Part shown: piece after piece, positions 1-9,451 of the stretch | How the letters are laid out: each line of letters begins with the position of its first letter | Position numbering within the stretch: position 1 is the stretch's first letter | NCBI GenBank assembly: GCA_050287085.1 | Contig: JBNKBE010000007.1 | Span: 1 to 64,000 of the forward strand | Direction of reading: 5' to 3' | DNA: 64,000 nucleotides | DNA from: Polyangiaceae bacterium | GTDB taxonomy: Bacteria; Myxococcota_A; Polyangia; Polyangiales; Polyangiaceae | Notes under the pieces: model-generated | What the model was told of the DNA's origin: nothing | Databases searched by the model: none | What the model saw: the letters and a program-made list of their open reading frames with translations, nothing else | Program-made: the position numbers and the translations under genes

Positions 1-1
1 C

Positions 2-751
2 GACGATAGCGCCTATGCCACAGCGCTAGAGGTCGCGCTGCCCGGCGCAAGCTCGGAGCTGCTGGCGGGAGGGCACGGCGCGCGCTATCGCCTGGGCCGC
101 GGTGATGCGCCACAGCCCGGCGGGTGGACCCTGAAGAGCGAGGTCAGAAGCGGTCCCTTTCTGCTGCGGCGCTACGCCAACCCCGGCCACCAGCCCACGA
201 CCTACAGCTTCACCGACCACGTCTCGCCCGCCGACGCGCAGGTCCTCAAGCGCTCGCGTGAACGTGACCAACCCTGCCGCTGGGACCCGAAGGCCAAGGT
301 GGAAAACGGAGCCCTTCATGGCCATCCGACCTTTCCGCGGGCACGCTTTCAATGTGGCGCGCCACATGAATTCGTCGGGGTCACGGTGATCGAAGACGAA
401 CACTACCGTCCGCGGCGCTGCATTTGGGCCCATCCCCTCCGGCGCGAGGAGTTGGTCATCCGCTTCGATGGGGTTCGCTTGGGACGCAGCATCAGCGGCT
501 TTGGCGCGCTGCCTTGGTTCCTCGAGCGTGAGAGCCGCGGCAAAGCGATCACCCTGCGCGTGAGGGTCGACGGCAAAGAGCTCGGCCGCTTCACTCACGA
601 AGATGGCGAAGGATGGAAGCCCTTTGCGTTCGACACCACTGGGATCGAGCCGGGAGCCCACTCAGTGGAGTTTGAGATTCACCACAATGGTCGCAAAGAT
701 CGCCAATTCTGCTTCCATGCGGATGTCCGAGGCGACTTCAACACGCCCTGA
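2..751 (+). CDS. Hypothetical protein, 5'-truncated by the window edge
   Basis: The frame of ORF 299..751 stays open back to position 2 (DDSAYATALEVALPG...); stop lies 16 nt before the next gene. Confidence 0.7.
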   Translation, partial: DDSAYATALEVALPGASSELLAGGHGARYRLGRGDAPQPGGWTLKSEVRSGPFLLRRYANPGHQPTTYSFTDHVSPADAQVLKRSRERDQPCRWDPKAKVENGALHGHPTFPRARFQCGAPHEFVGVTVIEDEHYRPRRCIWAHPLRREELVIRFDGVRLGRSISGFGALPWFLERESRGKAITLRVRVDGKELGRFTHEDGEGWKPFAFDTTGIEPGAHSVEFEIHHNGRKDRQFCFHADVRGDFNTP

Positions 752-767
752 TCGATAGCCCCACGCG

Positions 768-2558
768 ATGAACAAGGTCACCCAGCTCTCAGCCGAAACT
801 GGAACAAGCTCGTCGCCAGACGCGTCGCGAGTGGGTCCCAGCCCACAGCACTCGCGACGGAAGACTTGGTTGCGCGCAGGAAGAGACGCTGCGCTATGTC
901 TGTTTCTTGGCGCAACCAGCCTTTGGTGGCTGCTCTCTTCCGTGGAAGATCTGGGGTACGCTCGGGACGAGGGCTTCTACTTCCAGGCAGCAGACAGCTA
1001 TTTGCAGTGGTTCTTGCAACTCGCCAAGGAGCCATCCGAAGCCTTGGAGCCCAAGGCTATCGATCACTACTGGCGGATCAATCACGAGCACCCAGCGCTC
1101 GTTAAGAGCCTGTTTGCGGCGGGCCGGCACTTTCTCCACGACAGGTGGCACCTGCTGCCCGAACCCGGAACGGCCTATCGCGTCGTCGGCATGGGCTTCT
1201 CTGCTCTGATGCTATGTGTCACATACCTATGGGGGGCGTGGGCCTGCGGTTGGCGCGGCGGGCTCATGGCCGCGCTCTTGCTCGCACTGATTCCGCGCGT
1301 CTTCTACCACTCACACCTGGACTGCTTCGATGTGCCAGTTACGGCAATGTGGCTGCTGACGGCTTATGCCTACGCCCGCAGTCTCGGACTCGGCCCAGGT
1401 CGACGTCAACTCGGCTGGTGTCTCACAGCGGGCCTGCTCTACGGCCTGTTGCTCAACACCAAGCACAACGCCTGGCTGCTTCCGTTTGCGCTCGTGCCAC
1501 ACGCTCTGCTCAGCGAATGGGGTGCCGTGCGAGACGGCCTGGTGCGCTTCCGACTCCGCTTTCCGCTGGCCCTCTGGCTCATGCTCACAATCGGTCCCGG
1601 GGTGTTCTACTTGAGCTGGCCGTGGATCTGGCACGACACCTTTGAACGCCTTGTCGCCTACGTGCAGTTTCACACGGCACACGTCTACTACAACATGGAA
1701 TTCCTGGGCGTAACGTACTTTCGCCCACCATTTCCTCGAAGCTACCCGTGGCTGATGACGTTCGCTACTGTGCCACTCATCACCCTGACACTCGCTAGCG
1801 CTGGTCTGTTCGTAGCCCTGCCTCGACTGTGGCGAGCCCTGCGCGCTCAGCTCCAAGCTTCCCGCACCACCCACCCCCATGACGAGACGAGTCACGAAGC
1901 ACTGGCCCTGCGCCACGAACTATTGTGGCTGCTGGCCATCGTAGTCAGCTACGCGCCGTGGTTCAGCAACACCTCGCCCATCTTCGGCGGGACCAAGCAC
2001 TGGCTGACGGCCTATCCGTTCATTGCGCTGTTCGCGGGCGCTGGCTTCATTCAGCTTTGCCAGCGCCTGAGTGCCGCAATCCAACACCTCCGAGCCAGCC
2101 GCTTCATGCCGATCGAAGGCGCTTGTGCCGCTGCTTGCCTGCTCGGCCCGCTCAGCATGACCGCCAATGCACATCCTTACGCCCTCTCCGCCTATACGCC
2201 GCTCGTTGGCGGCGCCCCGGGAGGCGCAAACCTAGGACTGAACCGCTCGTTTTGGGGCTACACCACAGGCGCCGTACAAGGCGCCATCAACGCTCACGCC
2301 AAGCCCCGCGCCAAGGTATTCATCCATGACACGGCGCTGCAGTCGTGGAGCATGATGGAACGCGATGGTCGCCTGCGGCGCGACTTGCGCCCCCAGTTAA
2401 CCCCTGCCTGGTCAGACCTGGCGGTCTACCACCACGAGCAGCACATGAGCCGCGTTGAACACCAGCTCTGGGTCGAATACGGCACCGTTCGGCCCTTCCA
2501 CATCGGCGCTCTCGATGGCGTCCCCGTCGTATGGCTCTACGAGCGGCCGCGGCCCTGA
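768..2558 (+). CDS. GT-C membrane glycosyltransferase (ArnT/PMT-like, GT39/83)
   Basis: Multi-TM protein; 'RDEGFY' DE motif after the first TM, 'EHPAL' and 'LNTKHN' motifs. Confidence 0.8.
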   Translation: MNKVTQLSAETGTSSSPDASRVGPSPQHSRRKTWLRAGRDAALCLFLGATSLWWLLSSVEDLGYARDEGFYFQAADSYLQWFLQLAKEPSEALEPKAIDHYWRINHEHPALVKSLFAAGRHFLHDRWHLLPEPGTAYRVVGMGFSALMLCVTYLWGAWACGWRGGLMAALLLALIPRVFYHSHLDCFDVPVTAMWLLTAYAYARSLGLGPGRRQLGWCLTAGLLYGLLLNTKHNAWLLPFALVPHALLSEWGAVRDGLVRFRLRFPLALWLMLTIGPGVFYLSWPWIWHDTFERLVAYVQFHTAHVYYNMEFLGVTYFRPPFPRSYPWLMTFATVPLITLTLASAGLFVALPRLWRALRAQLQASRTTHPHDETSHEALALRHELLWLLAIVVSYAPWFSNTSPIFGGTKHWLTAYPFIALFAGAGFIQLCQRLSAAIQHLRASRFMPIEGACAAACLLGPLSMTANAHPYALSAYTPLVGGAPGGANLGLNRSFWGYTTGAVQGAINAHAKPRAKVFIHDTALQSWSMMERDGRLRRDLRPQLTPAWSDLAVYHHEQHMSRVEHQLWVEYGTVRPFHIGALDGVPVVWLYERPRP

Positions 2559-2633
2559 CCCCTTCTCAGCTCAGAGCGCGCGGCTCGCGGCTCACGACGC
2601 GTGTTCATGACCCACGCGTCGGCGCCCCGGAGT

Positions 2634-4466
2634 TCAGTTTCCTGAAGACATCTCCCTCGCCACAGAAAAGAGCGTCGCGAACTCTCGCCGCTCCGTGTCG
2701 CGTGCTGCTTGCTCTGTGATCAGCGCCTCGGCCGCGTCTAGATCCGAACTCGAAACGAAGGGGCTACCCCGCAGGCTTTCGGCAAAAGCCGCCACGGCCC
2801 CCGCCCACTGAAAGTCCTCATCGAGGTCCTTCAAGTCCGTCGCGACATCGTCCGGAACCAAGGCGCGGCGCACCTCGTACGCCGGGTCGTCGGCACCCGC
2901 GTCTACGTCCTTGTATCGCACTTTGACGAGGACCAGATCCTCGGGGCCGGCTTCGCTTTCACCCGAAAAGGTCGCCCCTGTTTCGTACTCCGCAAGGCCC
3001 TCCCCCGACGGCACTTCACCACCAACCAGCACCAGTTCATACAGCGCGGTAACGCGGTGCCCGGCCCCGATCTCGCCGGCATCCACCTGGTCATTGCGGA
3101 AGTCCTGATCCGCAATGGCGCGGTTCTCGTAGCCGAGCAGGCGATACGCCGAGACGTATTCCGGGTTGAACTCCACCTGTATCTTCACGTCTTTGGCTAT
3201 GAACGTCAGGTTGTGAAGCAGCCGGTTTTCCACGTATTCGGTGGCTTGATCTTCGTTTGCGATGACGCCGTAGACGCCGTTGCCGGCGTTGCTCACAAGT
3301 TCCATCATCGAATCATTGTTGCGCTCTCCGAAGCCAAGCGCAGTGAGCGTCACGCCACCCTTGCGCTCCTCCTCAATGAGCGCCACCAGCCCTTGCGTCG
3401 AGCTAACTCCCACGTTGAAGTCACCGTCTGTGCAGAGGATTACGTGATTGATCCCACCTTCGAGAAACCCGTCGCGAGCCTGCTCGTAAGCGAGCTGGAT
3501 CCCGCCGGCGCCGTTGGTGCTGCCCCCCGCCTTCAGTCCGTCGATCGCGCCCAGAATGGTCTCCGCATCCGAAGCGGGAGTGGGCTCCAGCACAACTTGG
3601 GTTCCGGAGGCGTAGGTGACGAGCGCAACAGTATCTTGTGGCTCCAGGATGTCGACCGTATGCGACAAGACCTGCTGCACGAGCGGCAGCTTCACTGCGG
3701 ATTGCATGCTCCCTGACACGTCAACCAAGAACACCAGATTGGCGGGCTTCTTCTCAAACTCCGGCGGCACCTCACCCTGAATGCCCACTCGCAGCGTGGT
3801 GGTCTCGTGCTCTGTGAACAGGCCAGGTCCCGCCGCCAGGGAGATCGAAAACGGCTCGTCTGCGCCCGCTTCAGGCGCTGGATAGTCATAGGCGAAGAAG
3901 TTCACGAACTCCTCGACGCGAACGCTGCTCGGCTCTGGCAGATGGCCATTGTTCACGTCGCGTCGAAAGATATCGTAGCTGGCCGTGTCGACATCCACGG
4001 CAAATGTAGACATCGGGTCATGGGCTACGTCGACAAAGGGATTGACGACAACCGGCGGGGCGTCGGCTACGATGTCGCCGTCAGCGCTAAAGTCACCGCT
4101 GTCAGCGGCAACGTCACCCGGCGGTGCTGCTCCCGCAACCTCTCCCGCAGACGCTGCCCCCGCAGCCCCTCCCACAGCGTTACTGACCCCGGACGGCGGG
4201 ATTGGGCTTGGGCTTGATGAACTCGCACCTCCAGCACCAGTGCTTGTGGACGTTACGCGAGGCGCGTCTTCAGCCGGGTTGGAGCCCAGCGCTTCCGCCG
4301 GATCGCCCGAGTCGCCATTTGCCGCGTTGTCTTGGTTCTCGGCCGCATCCTGCGCGCCGGAATGCTTCGGCACGCTTCCAGCTGGCGACGCCCCACTATC
4401 GCTGCATCCAGCCGCAAGCAAGATCAAGGTCGCGGGCATAGCCCCGCGGACTAGTCGTAGAATCAT
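2634..4466 (-). CDS. VWA-domain lipoprotein (YfbK-like)
   Basis: Lipobox LAAGC; 'STFAVDVDTASY'; MIDAS 'DVSGSM'; 'TDGDFNVG'; 'YRLLGYENR'. Start set at ATG 4466 behind a GAGGAG RBS. Confidence 0.9.
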   Translation of the reverse strand: MILRLVRGAMPATLILLAAGCSDSGASPAGSVPKHSGAQDAAENQDNAANGDSGDPAEALGSNPAEDAPRVTSTSTGAGGASSSSPSPIPPSGVSNAVGGAAGAASAGEVAGAAPPGDVAADSGDFSADGDIVADAPPVVVNPFVDVAHDPMSTFAVDVDTASYDIFRRDVNNGHLPEPSSVRVEEFVNFFAYDYPAPEAGADEPFSISLAAGPGLFTEHETTTLRVGIQGEVPPEFEKKPANLVFLVDVSGSMQSAVKLPLVQQVLSHTVDILEPQDTVALVTYASGTQVVLEPTPASDAETILGAIDGLKAGGSTNGAGGIQLAYEQARDGFLEGGINHVILCTDGDFNVGVSSTQGLVALIEEERKGGVTLTALGFGERNNDSMMELVSNAGNGVYGVIANEDQATEYVENRLLHNLTFIAKDVKIQVEFNPEYVSAYRLLGYENRAIADQDFRNDQVDAGEIGAGHRVTALYELVLVGGEVPSGEGLAEYETGATFSGESEAGPEDLVLVKVRYKDVDAGADDPAYEVRRALVPDDVATDLKDLDEDFQWAGAVAAFAESLRGSPFVSSSDLDAAEALITEQAARDTERREFATLFSVAREMSSGN

Positions 4467-4557
4467 GGTGCTTCTCCTCACTCCCGAACGGAGACCAGCG
4501 CACGCCCCAATCCGCCATGGACGGGCCAATGCCGGCAAGCGCTCTCCCTGGTCCCAA

Positions 4558-4573
4558 TGCATGGCGCATGCCA
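4558..4573 (-). promoter_or_regulatory. Putative sigma54 promoter of the VWA lipoprotein gene
   Basis: Minus-strand TGGCATGCGCCATGCA = GG-N10-GC, about 90 nt upstream of the start. Confidence 0.6.
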
Positions 4574-4705
4574 ATTGCCTGCTCGCCCGCCCGCCTTCGT
4601 CCTCTACGTAGAAGCACGCGGGGGCAGCTCGTTCGGCCGCTACCGGCACAACTTGGCACAATACGGCATATTGCGCCCGGGGGTTGGCGCCCGAGTCTCC
4701 GGGGC

Positions 4706-5809
4706 TCAGCCCATCTGACCGCGATGTCGGAGCGCGTGATCCGCTAGCACCAGCGCCACCATGGCCTCCCCCATGGGAACGAAGCGGGGCAGCAGACACG
4801 GATCGTGGCGCCCTTTGGTGCGAATGGTAGTGGTTTGGAGGTCGCGGGTGACGGTCTCTTGCTCTTGCGGCAGAGAACTTGTCGGTTTGATAGCTGCACG
4901 CAGCACGATCGGCATACCGCTGGTGATGCCGCCGAGCATGCCGCCGTGGCGATTGGTGCGAGTCCGTGCCCCACCCTCCGCGGCGTAGAAGATGTCGTTG
5001 TTCTGACTGCCCCGCAGACGCGCGCAGCCAAAACCAACGCCGTATTCGACCCCGAGTACAGCGGGTAGCGAGAACAGACCTTTGGCCAAATCAGCTTTGA
5101 TCTTGTCGAACACGGGCTCACCCAGGCCCGCGGGCACACCGGTGGCCACCAATTCACACACGCCCCCGATCGAGTCCTGCTGCTTGCGCACCTGCTCAAT
5201 CAAGGTGACCATTTCAACGGCCTTTGCCGGATCTGGGCAACGGACAATGTTGGGCTCGCCATTGGGAAGGCGCTCCACCTGATCCAAGGAAATGGCCGCG
5301 GGATCCTCGATCTGAGCCACCACGTCCCCAACCTGGGTGACATAACCCACGACGCAGGCGCCGTAGAGCTTGTCGAGGATCGCCTTGGCGATCGCCCCGG
5401 CGGCCACGCGCGCGGTCGTCTCCCGCGCCGAGGACCGACCCCCACCCCGGTAGTCGCGAACGCCGTATTTCGCGTCGTAGCTTTGATCCGCGTGCCCGGG
5501 TCGATACTTATCCTTGATATCCGAATAGTCGCGACTGCGCTGGTCCTCGTTTCGCACCAGGATGGCAATGCTCGTTCCGGTGCTGTGGCCGTCGAATACC
5601 CCCGCGAGGATCTCGGGCGCATCAGCCTCTTTGCGCTGTGTCACGATATGACTCTGACCGGGCTTGCGTCGATCCAGATCCCGCGCAATGAGCTCAACGC
5701 TCAGGGGGATCCCCGGCGGACAGCCATCGATGATCACCACGTTGCCGGGGCCGTGAGATTCTCCCGCCGTCGTGATCCGCAGCGCTTGCCCAAAACTGTT
5801 GCCAGCCAT
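4706..5809 (-). CDS. aroC: Chorismate synthase
   Basis: 'GESHG', 'RPGHAD', '[10 protein letters not shown]', 'GRHDPC' motifs. Confidence 0.97.
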   Translation of the reverse strand: MAGNSFGQALRITTAGESHGPGNVVIIDGCPPGIPLSVELIARDLDRRKPGQSHIVTQRKEADAPEILAGVFDGHSTGTSIAILVRNEDQRSRDYSDIKDKYRPGHADQSYDAKYGVRDYRGGGRSSARETTARVAAGAIAKAILDKLYGACVVGYVTQVGDVVAQIEDPAAISLDQVERLPNGEPNIVRCPDPAKAVEMVTLIEQVRKQQDSIGGVCELVATGVPAGLGEPVFDKIKADLAKGLFSLPAVLGVEYGVGFGCARLRGSQNNDIFYAAEGGARTRTNRHGGMLGGITSGMPIVLRAAIKPTSSLPQEQETVTRDLQTTTIRTKGRHDPCLLPRFVPMGEAMVALVLADHALRHRGQMG

Positions 5810-6319
5810 GCCTAGCCTTTAGCAGCGCGGCGCGTCCTTGGGAGCTGCAAAGCGCCTCCTCCGCTGGACCGCCGCCCAGACGGCTGAGCCCGCAAGAGCG
5901 GACCTTGGACAGCGACGAGACCGCCCGCCACAGCAGGTGGCTCGGCCGGCGTGCCACGGCTTTCCCGTCCGCGGGCCCCAAGACTGCCCCGACGGCGGCG
6001 CCCTAGAAGGCCAAACGCGCCAAGCCAGGCTGCAAGCCCCCCCCGATCGGGTGTCCCGCCCGGCGCTCGCAGGGTGCACTTTGGCTGCCGCGCGGATCAG
6101 GCGAGCCGCAGGCAACTGTCATCCGAAAACACGATGCGCTCTGCTGTCTGCGCCACCGGCGTACGCGCATTGCAGAACAACCCGCCACACGCATGGGGCC
6201 GTACCGGCCGCGCTCACGACGTCCCAAGAGGGCGTAGGACATCAGACAAGTTGATGGCCGCGCCCCTGGAGGGCGGCACCGCCACCAGGCCAGCACTTCT
6301 TTCTGTGCTAGAACGCATC

Positions 6320-7480
6320 ATGAGCACCACCATGAACCAACCCTTGACAAGCCTCGGCGAAGAGGAGCGCCTCTTTCAGCAATCGATCGCAGCCTTCGCA
6401 AGGGAGCGCATCGGTCCACACGTCGCGCAGATGGACCGTGAGCAGGGGCTTCGCCGCGAGCTTCTCCCGGAACTATTCGAGCTTGGAATCATGGGGATTG
6501 AAGTTCCGGATGAATACGGAGGCACTGGCTCCAGCTTCTTCAACGCCATCGTCGCCATCGAAGCGCTGGCACAAGTAGATGCCAGCGTCGCCGTCCTCGT
6601 CGACGTTCAGAACACGCTCGTCAACAACGCTCTCATCCGTTGGGCCAGCCCAGAACTCCGCGAACGCTATCTGCCCAGACTGTGCACTGAATGGGTCGGC
6701 TCCTACGCCCTAAGTGAAGCGGGCTCCGGGTCGGACGCGTTCGCGCTGAGTACTCGCGCGAGCGACCAAGGCGACCACTACTGCCTTGACGGTCAGAAGC
6801 TGTGGATAACCAACGCCGCAGAAAGTGAACTGTTCATCGTTTTTGCCAATGTCAACCCCGAGGCGGGCTACCGCGGCATCACTGCCTTCTTGGTCGAACG
6901 GGGGTTTCCGGGCTTTCGCGTTGGCAAGAAGGAAGACAAGCTTGGAATTCGCGCGTCAAGCACCTGCGAGCTCGTCTTGGAGAGCTGCCAGGTGCCCAAG
7001 TCCAACGTGCTGGGTGAAATCGGCAAGGGCTACAAGATCGCGATAGAAACCCTCAACGAGGGACGCATCGGCATTGGCGCGCAGATGCTAGGGATCGCCC
7101 AAGGCGCCTTCGACGTCGCTCTGGCGCACGTCCGCGAACGCAAGCAGTTCGGCCAAGTCATCGCCGACTTTCAGGGCGTGCAGTTCCAATACGCCCGGCT
7201 GGCCACCGAGATCGAGGCCGCCCGCTTGATGGTCTACAACGCTGCCCGCCTGAAAGATGCAGGCTCCTCATTCGTCAAAGAAGCGGCCATGGCCAAGCTC
7301 TTTGCATCGGAGGTCGCAGAACGCGTGGCGTCGTCAGCCATCGACCTCCTCGGGGGCGTCGGCTTCACCAAAGAGTACCCGGCAGAGAAGTTCTACCGCG
7401 ACGCCAAGATCGGCAAGATCTACGAGGGCACGAGCAATATGCAGCTCCAAACCATCGCCAAAATCGTCAGCAAGGCTTGA
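6320..7480 (+). CDS. Acyl-CoA dehydrogenase (short/branched-chain type)
   Basis: 'ALSEAGSGSD', 'KLWITN', 'RKQFG', 'IYEGTSNMQ'; start trimmed to ATG 6320. Confidence 0.93.
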   Translation: MSTTMNQPLTSLGEEERLFQQSIAAFARERIGPHVAQMDREQGLRRELLPELFELGIMGIEVPDEYGGTGSSFFNAIVAIEALAQVDASVAVLVDVQNTLVNNALIRWASPELRERYLPRLCTEWVGSYALSEAGSGSDAFALSTRASDQGDHYCLDGQKLWITNAAESELFIVFANVNPEAGYRGITAFLVERGFPGFRVGKKEDKLGIRASSTCELVLESCQVPKSNVLGEIGKGYKIAIETLNEGRIGIGAQMLGIAQGAFDVALAHVRERKQFGQVIADFQGVQFQYARLATEIEAARLMVYNAARLKDAGSSFVKEAAMAKLFASEVAERVASSAIDLLGGVGFTKEYPAEKFYRDAKIGKIYEGTSNMQLQTIAKIVSKA

Positions 7481-7524
7481 GCCGCGCGTAGCCAGCTCCT
7501 AGCCCGGCTGCTACAGCGAGCCCG

Positions 7525-8703
7525 ATGCCCACGCCCGCCCCGACCGCGGCGCCCCTCGGCGCGTTGCGCCTGCTGTACTTCGCATCGTTTGCCAGCATGG
7601 GCCTGTATCTGCCCTACTTCCCCGCCTGGCTCGAGGCTCACGGCGTCCAGGGGCTAGCCATGAGCACCATCATGGCTCTCGTTCCCGCGCTGAGTATCGC
7701 AAGCCCGCCCCTCTTTGGAGCCATGGCCGACATGCTCGGTGCTCGCGCCTTCCTGCTCCGCTTCGCGGCCTGGGGTACCTTCGGCAGCTTCGCATTGCTG
7801 GCGCTAGCCGTCTTCACGCGCGTGGTTCCGTTGTATTGGGCAGCCCTCTGTGGCGTAGGTGGCTACGCGCTGTTCAAGACCCCGCAGAATATGCTCGCTG
7901 ATGTGGTCGCCTTGGAAAGGGCAACTCACTACGGACGCATGCGGCTCTGGGGCTCGGTCGGCTTTCTCGTCGCCTCATTGCTCGGCGGTGCGCTTATACC
8001 CCTTGAGCCGTCATGGCTGTTGCCCAGCACCATGGCCGCCGCCTCGTTGCTCGCGGTGTCCGCTACCCGCGGCTTACCTCGCCAGTCCAAAGTACCCCGC
8101 TCAGCCATCGGTCCCGAATTTCGGCGCCTCCTACGCCAACCAGGCTATCGCTCCTTCTTGTTGTGCGCGCTTCTCGGACAGGGTTCGCACACCGTATGTG
8201 AGCTCTGCCTTTCCCTGCGCCTGGCCGACCTCGGTGCGTCAGGTACAACGATCGGCGTCGCGTGGGCGATCTCCACCACCACCGAAATCGCCCTGATGGC
8301 GGCTGCGCCCCACCTGCCCTTGCGCAGCGCCGGCTTGCGTCTACTCACCCTCTCGCTGTTGATCGCCGCACTGCGCTGGTGTTTGATCGGCACGGTGACC
8401 GATGTTGGTCTACTCCTTCTGCTACAGCCTCTTCACGCCCTCACCTTCGGGCTACGCTGGCTCGTCATGCTCGAATGGGTCCGTACCTTTTCCGCCAGAG
8501 AGTTCCTCGCCACATCCCAAGGGTTGTTTCTCACCGCAAGTTCCGTCGGCGCTTCAGCGGGCATGGTGGCATGGGGCACGACCTACGACGAGGTTTCTGG
8601 CCCGGCAGCCTTCGCCGGAGCGGCGGGCGTGGCACTCTGCGCCGCCGCGATCGCATGGCGCCTCGAAAGCCGCGCGCAGGTCGCGGCCCTGCCGGGTTGT
8701 TGA
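7525..8703 (+). CDS. MFS transporter (HcaT/MFS_1-like)
   Basis: About 12 hydrophobic segments; 'YGRMRLWGSVGF' and 'QPLHALTFG'. Confidence 0.85.
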   Translation: MPTPAPTAAPLGALRLLYFASFASMGLYLPYFPAWLEAHGVQGLAMSTIMALVPALSIASPPLFGAMADMLGARAFLLRFAAWGTFGSFALLALAVFTRVVPLYWAALCGVGGYALFKTPQNMLADVVALERATHYGRMRLWGSVGFLVASLLGGALIPLEPSWLLPSTMAAASLLAVSATRGLPRQSKVPRSAIGPEFRRLLRQPGYRSFLLCALLGQGSHTVCELCLSLRLADLGASGTTIGVAWAISTTTEIALMAAAPHLPLRSAGLRLLTLSLLIAALRWCLIGTVTDVGLLLLLQPLHALTFGLRWLVMLEWVRTFSAREFLATSQGLFLTASSVGASAGMVAWGTTYDEVSGPAAFAGAAGVALCAAAIAWRLESRAQVAALPGC

Positions 8704-9302
8704 CGGTGTACTCGCCCCTGCCACGTAGCTTCTACGCGCGGCCGGCTCTGGTCGTAGCACGCGCCAGCATCGGTCAACTGCTCGTCCACGACTCACCCGA
8801 GGGGCTCAGCGTCGGTCGCATCGTCGAATGCGAAGCCTACGCAGGTCCCGACGACCGCGCCGCGCACAGCTTTGGCGGGCGGCGTACGGCGCGCACGGAA
8901 GTGATGTTTGGTTCTCCAGGCTTCGCCTACGTCTTCCTCGTCTACGGCCTACACGTGCAATTCAACCTCGTTTGCGCAGCCCCCGATGTCCCCGAGGCCG
9001 TCCTCGTCCGCGCCATCGAACCCGTGTCTGGCAGTGCGCTGATGGCCGCCCGCCGCGGCATGAGCGCAAGCAAGAAGCAGCTCTGCAACGGCCCGGGTAA
9101 GTTGTGCCGGGCGCTCGGAATCACCATGAACCACTACGGAGAGGACCTGTGCCAGGGAAAGCTGTACCTAAGTCGCGGAAGCCGCAGTCGGATAAACACC
9201 GCGCCGCGCATCGGTATCGACTATGCGGGAGAATGGGCGAAGCGGCCGTGGCGCTTCTTCGATCCCGACAGTCAGTACGTCTCGGTGGCCCCCAAGGGGT
9301 AG
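8700..9302 (+). CDS. mpg: DNA-3-methyladenine glycosylase (AAG/Mpg)
   Basis: 'GRIVECEAY', 'AYVFLVYG', 'AVLVRAIEP', 'NGPGKLC', 'PRIGI'; TTG/GTG start at the MFS stop. Confidence 0.92.
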   Translation: MTVYSPLPRSFYARPALVVARASIGQLLVHDSPEGLSVGRIVECEAYAGPDDRAAHSFGGRRTARTEVMFGSPGFAYVFLVYGLHVQFNLVCAAPDVPEAVLVRAIEPVSGSALMAARRGMSASKKQLCNGPGKLCRALGITMNHYGEDLCQGKLYLSRGSRSRINTAPRIGIDYAGEWAKRPWRFFDPDSQYVSVAPKG

Positions 9303-9451
9303 CGCGCTTCCCGCACCTCCCAGTCGCTGGCCACTCCAGCCCTTGCCCCCTCGCGCCCGTCTCCTGAGGACCCGCGGATGGGAAAGTCAGTCGCAAGCCG
9401 GTCAAGCTCGCCGCGATGTGGGCGCGTTATGGCTTTGCCGTCCGCGGGCCC

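Noticed and set aside
5810..6319. N-terminal extension of the acyl-CoA dehydrogenase and overlapping short ORFs
   Set aside because: Arg/Pro-rich translations typical of spurious high-GC ORFs
6801..6809. Perfect DnaA box TGTGGATAA
   Set aside because: Single copy, explained by the conserved LWIT codons of the acyl-CoA dehydrogenase
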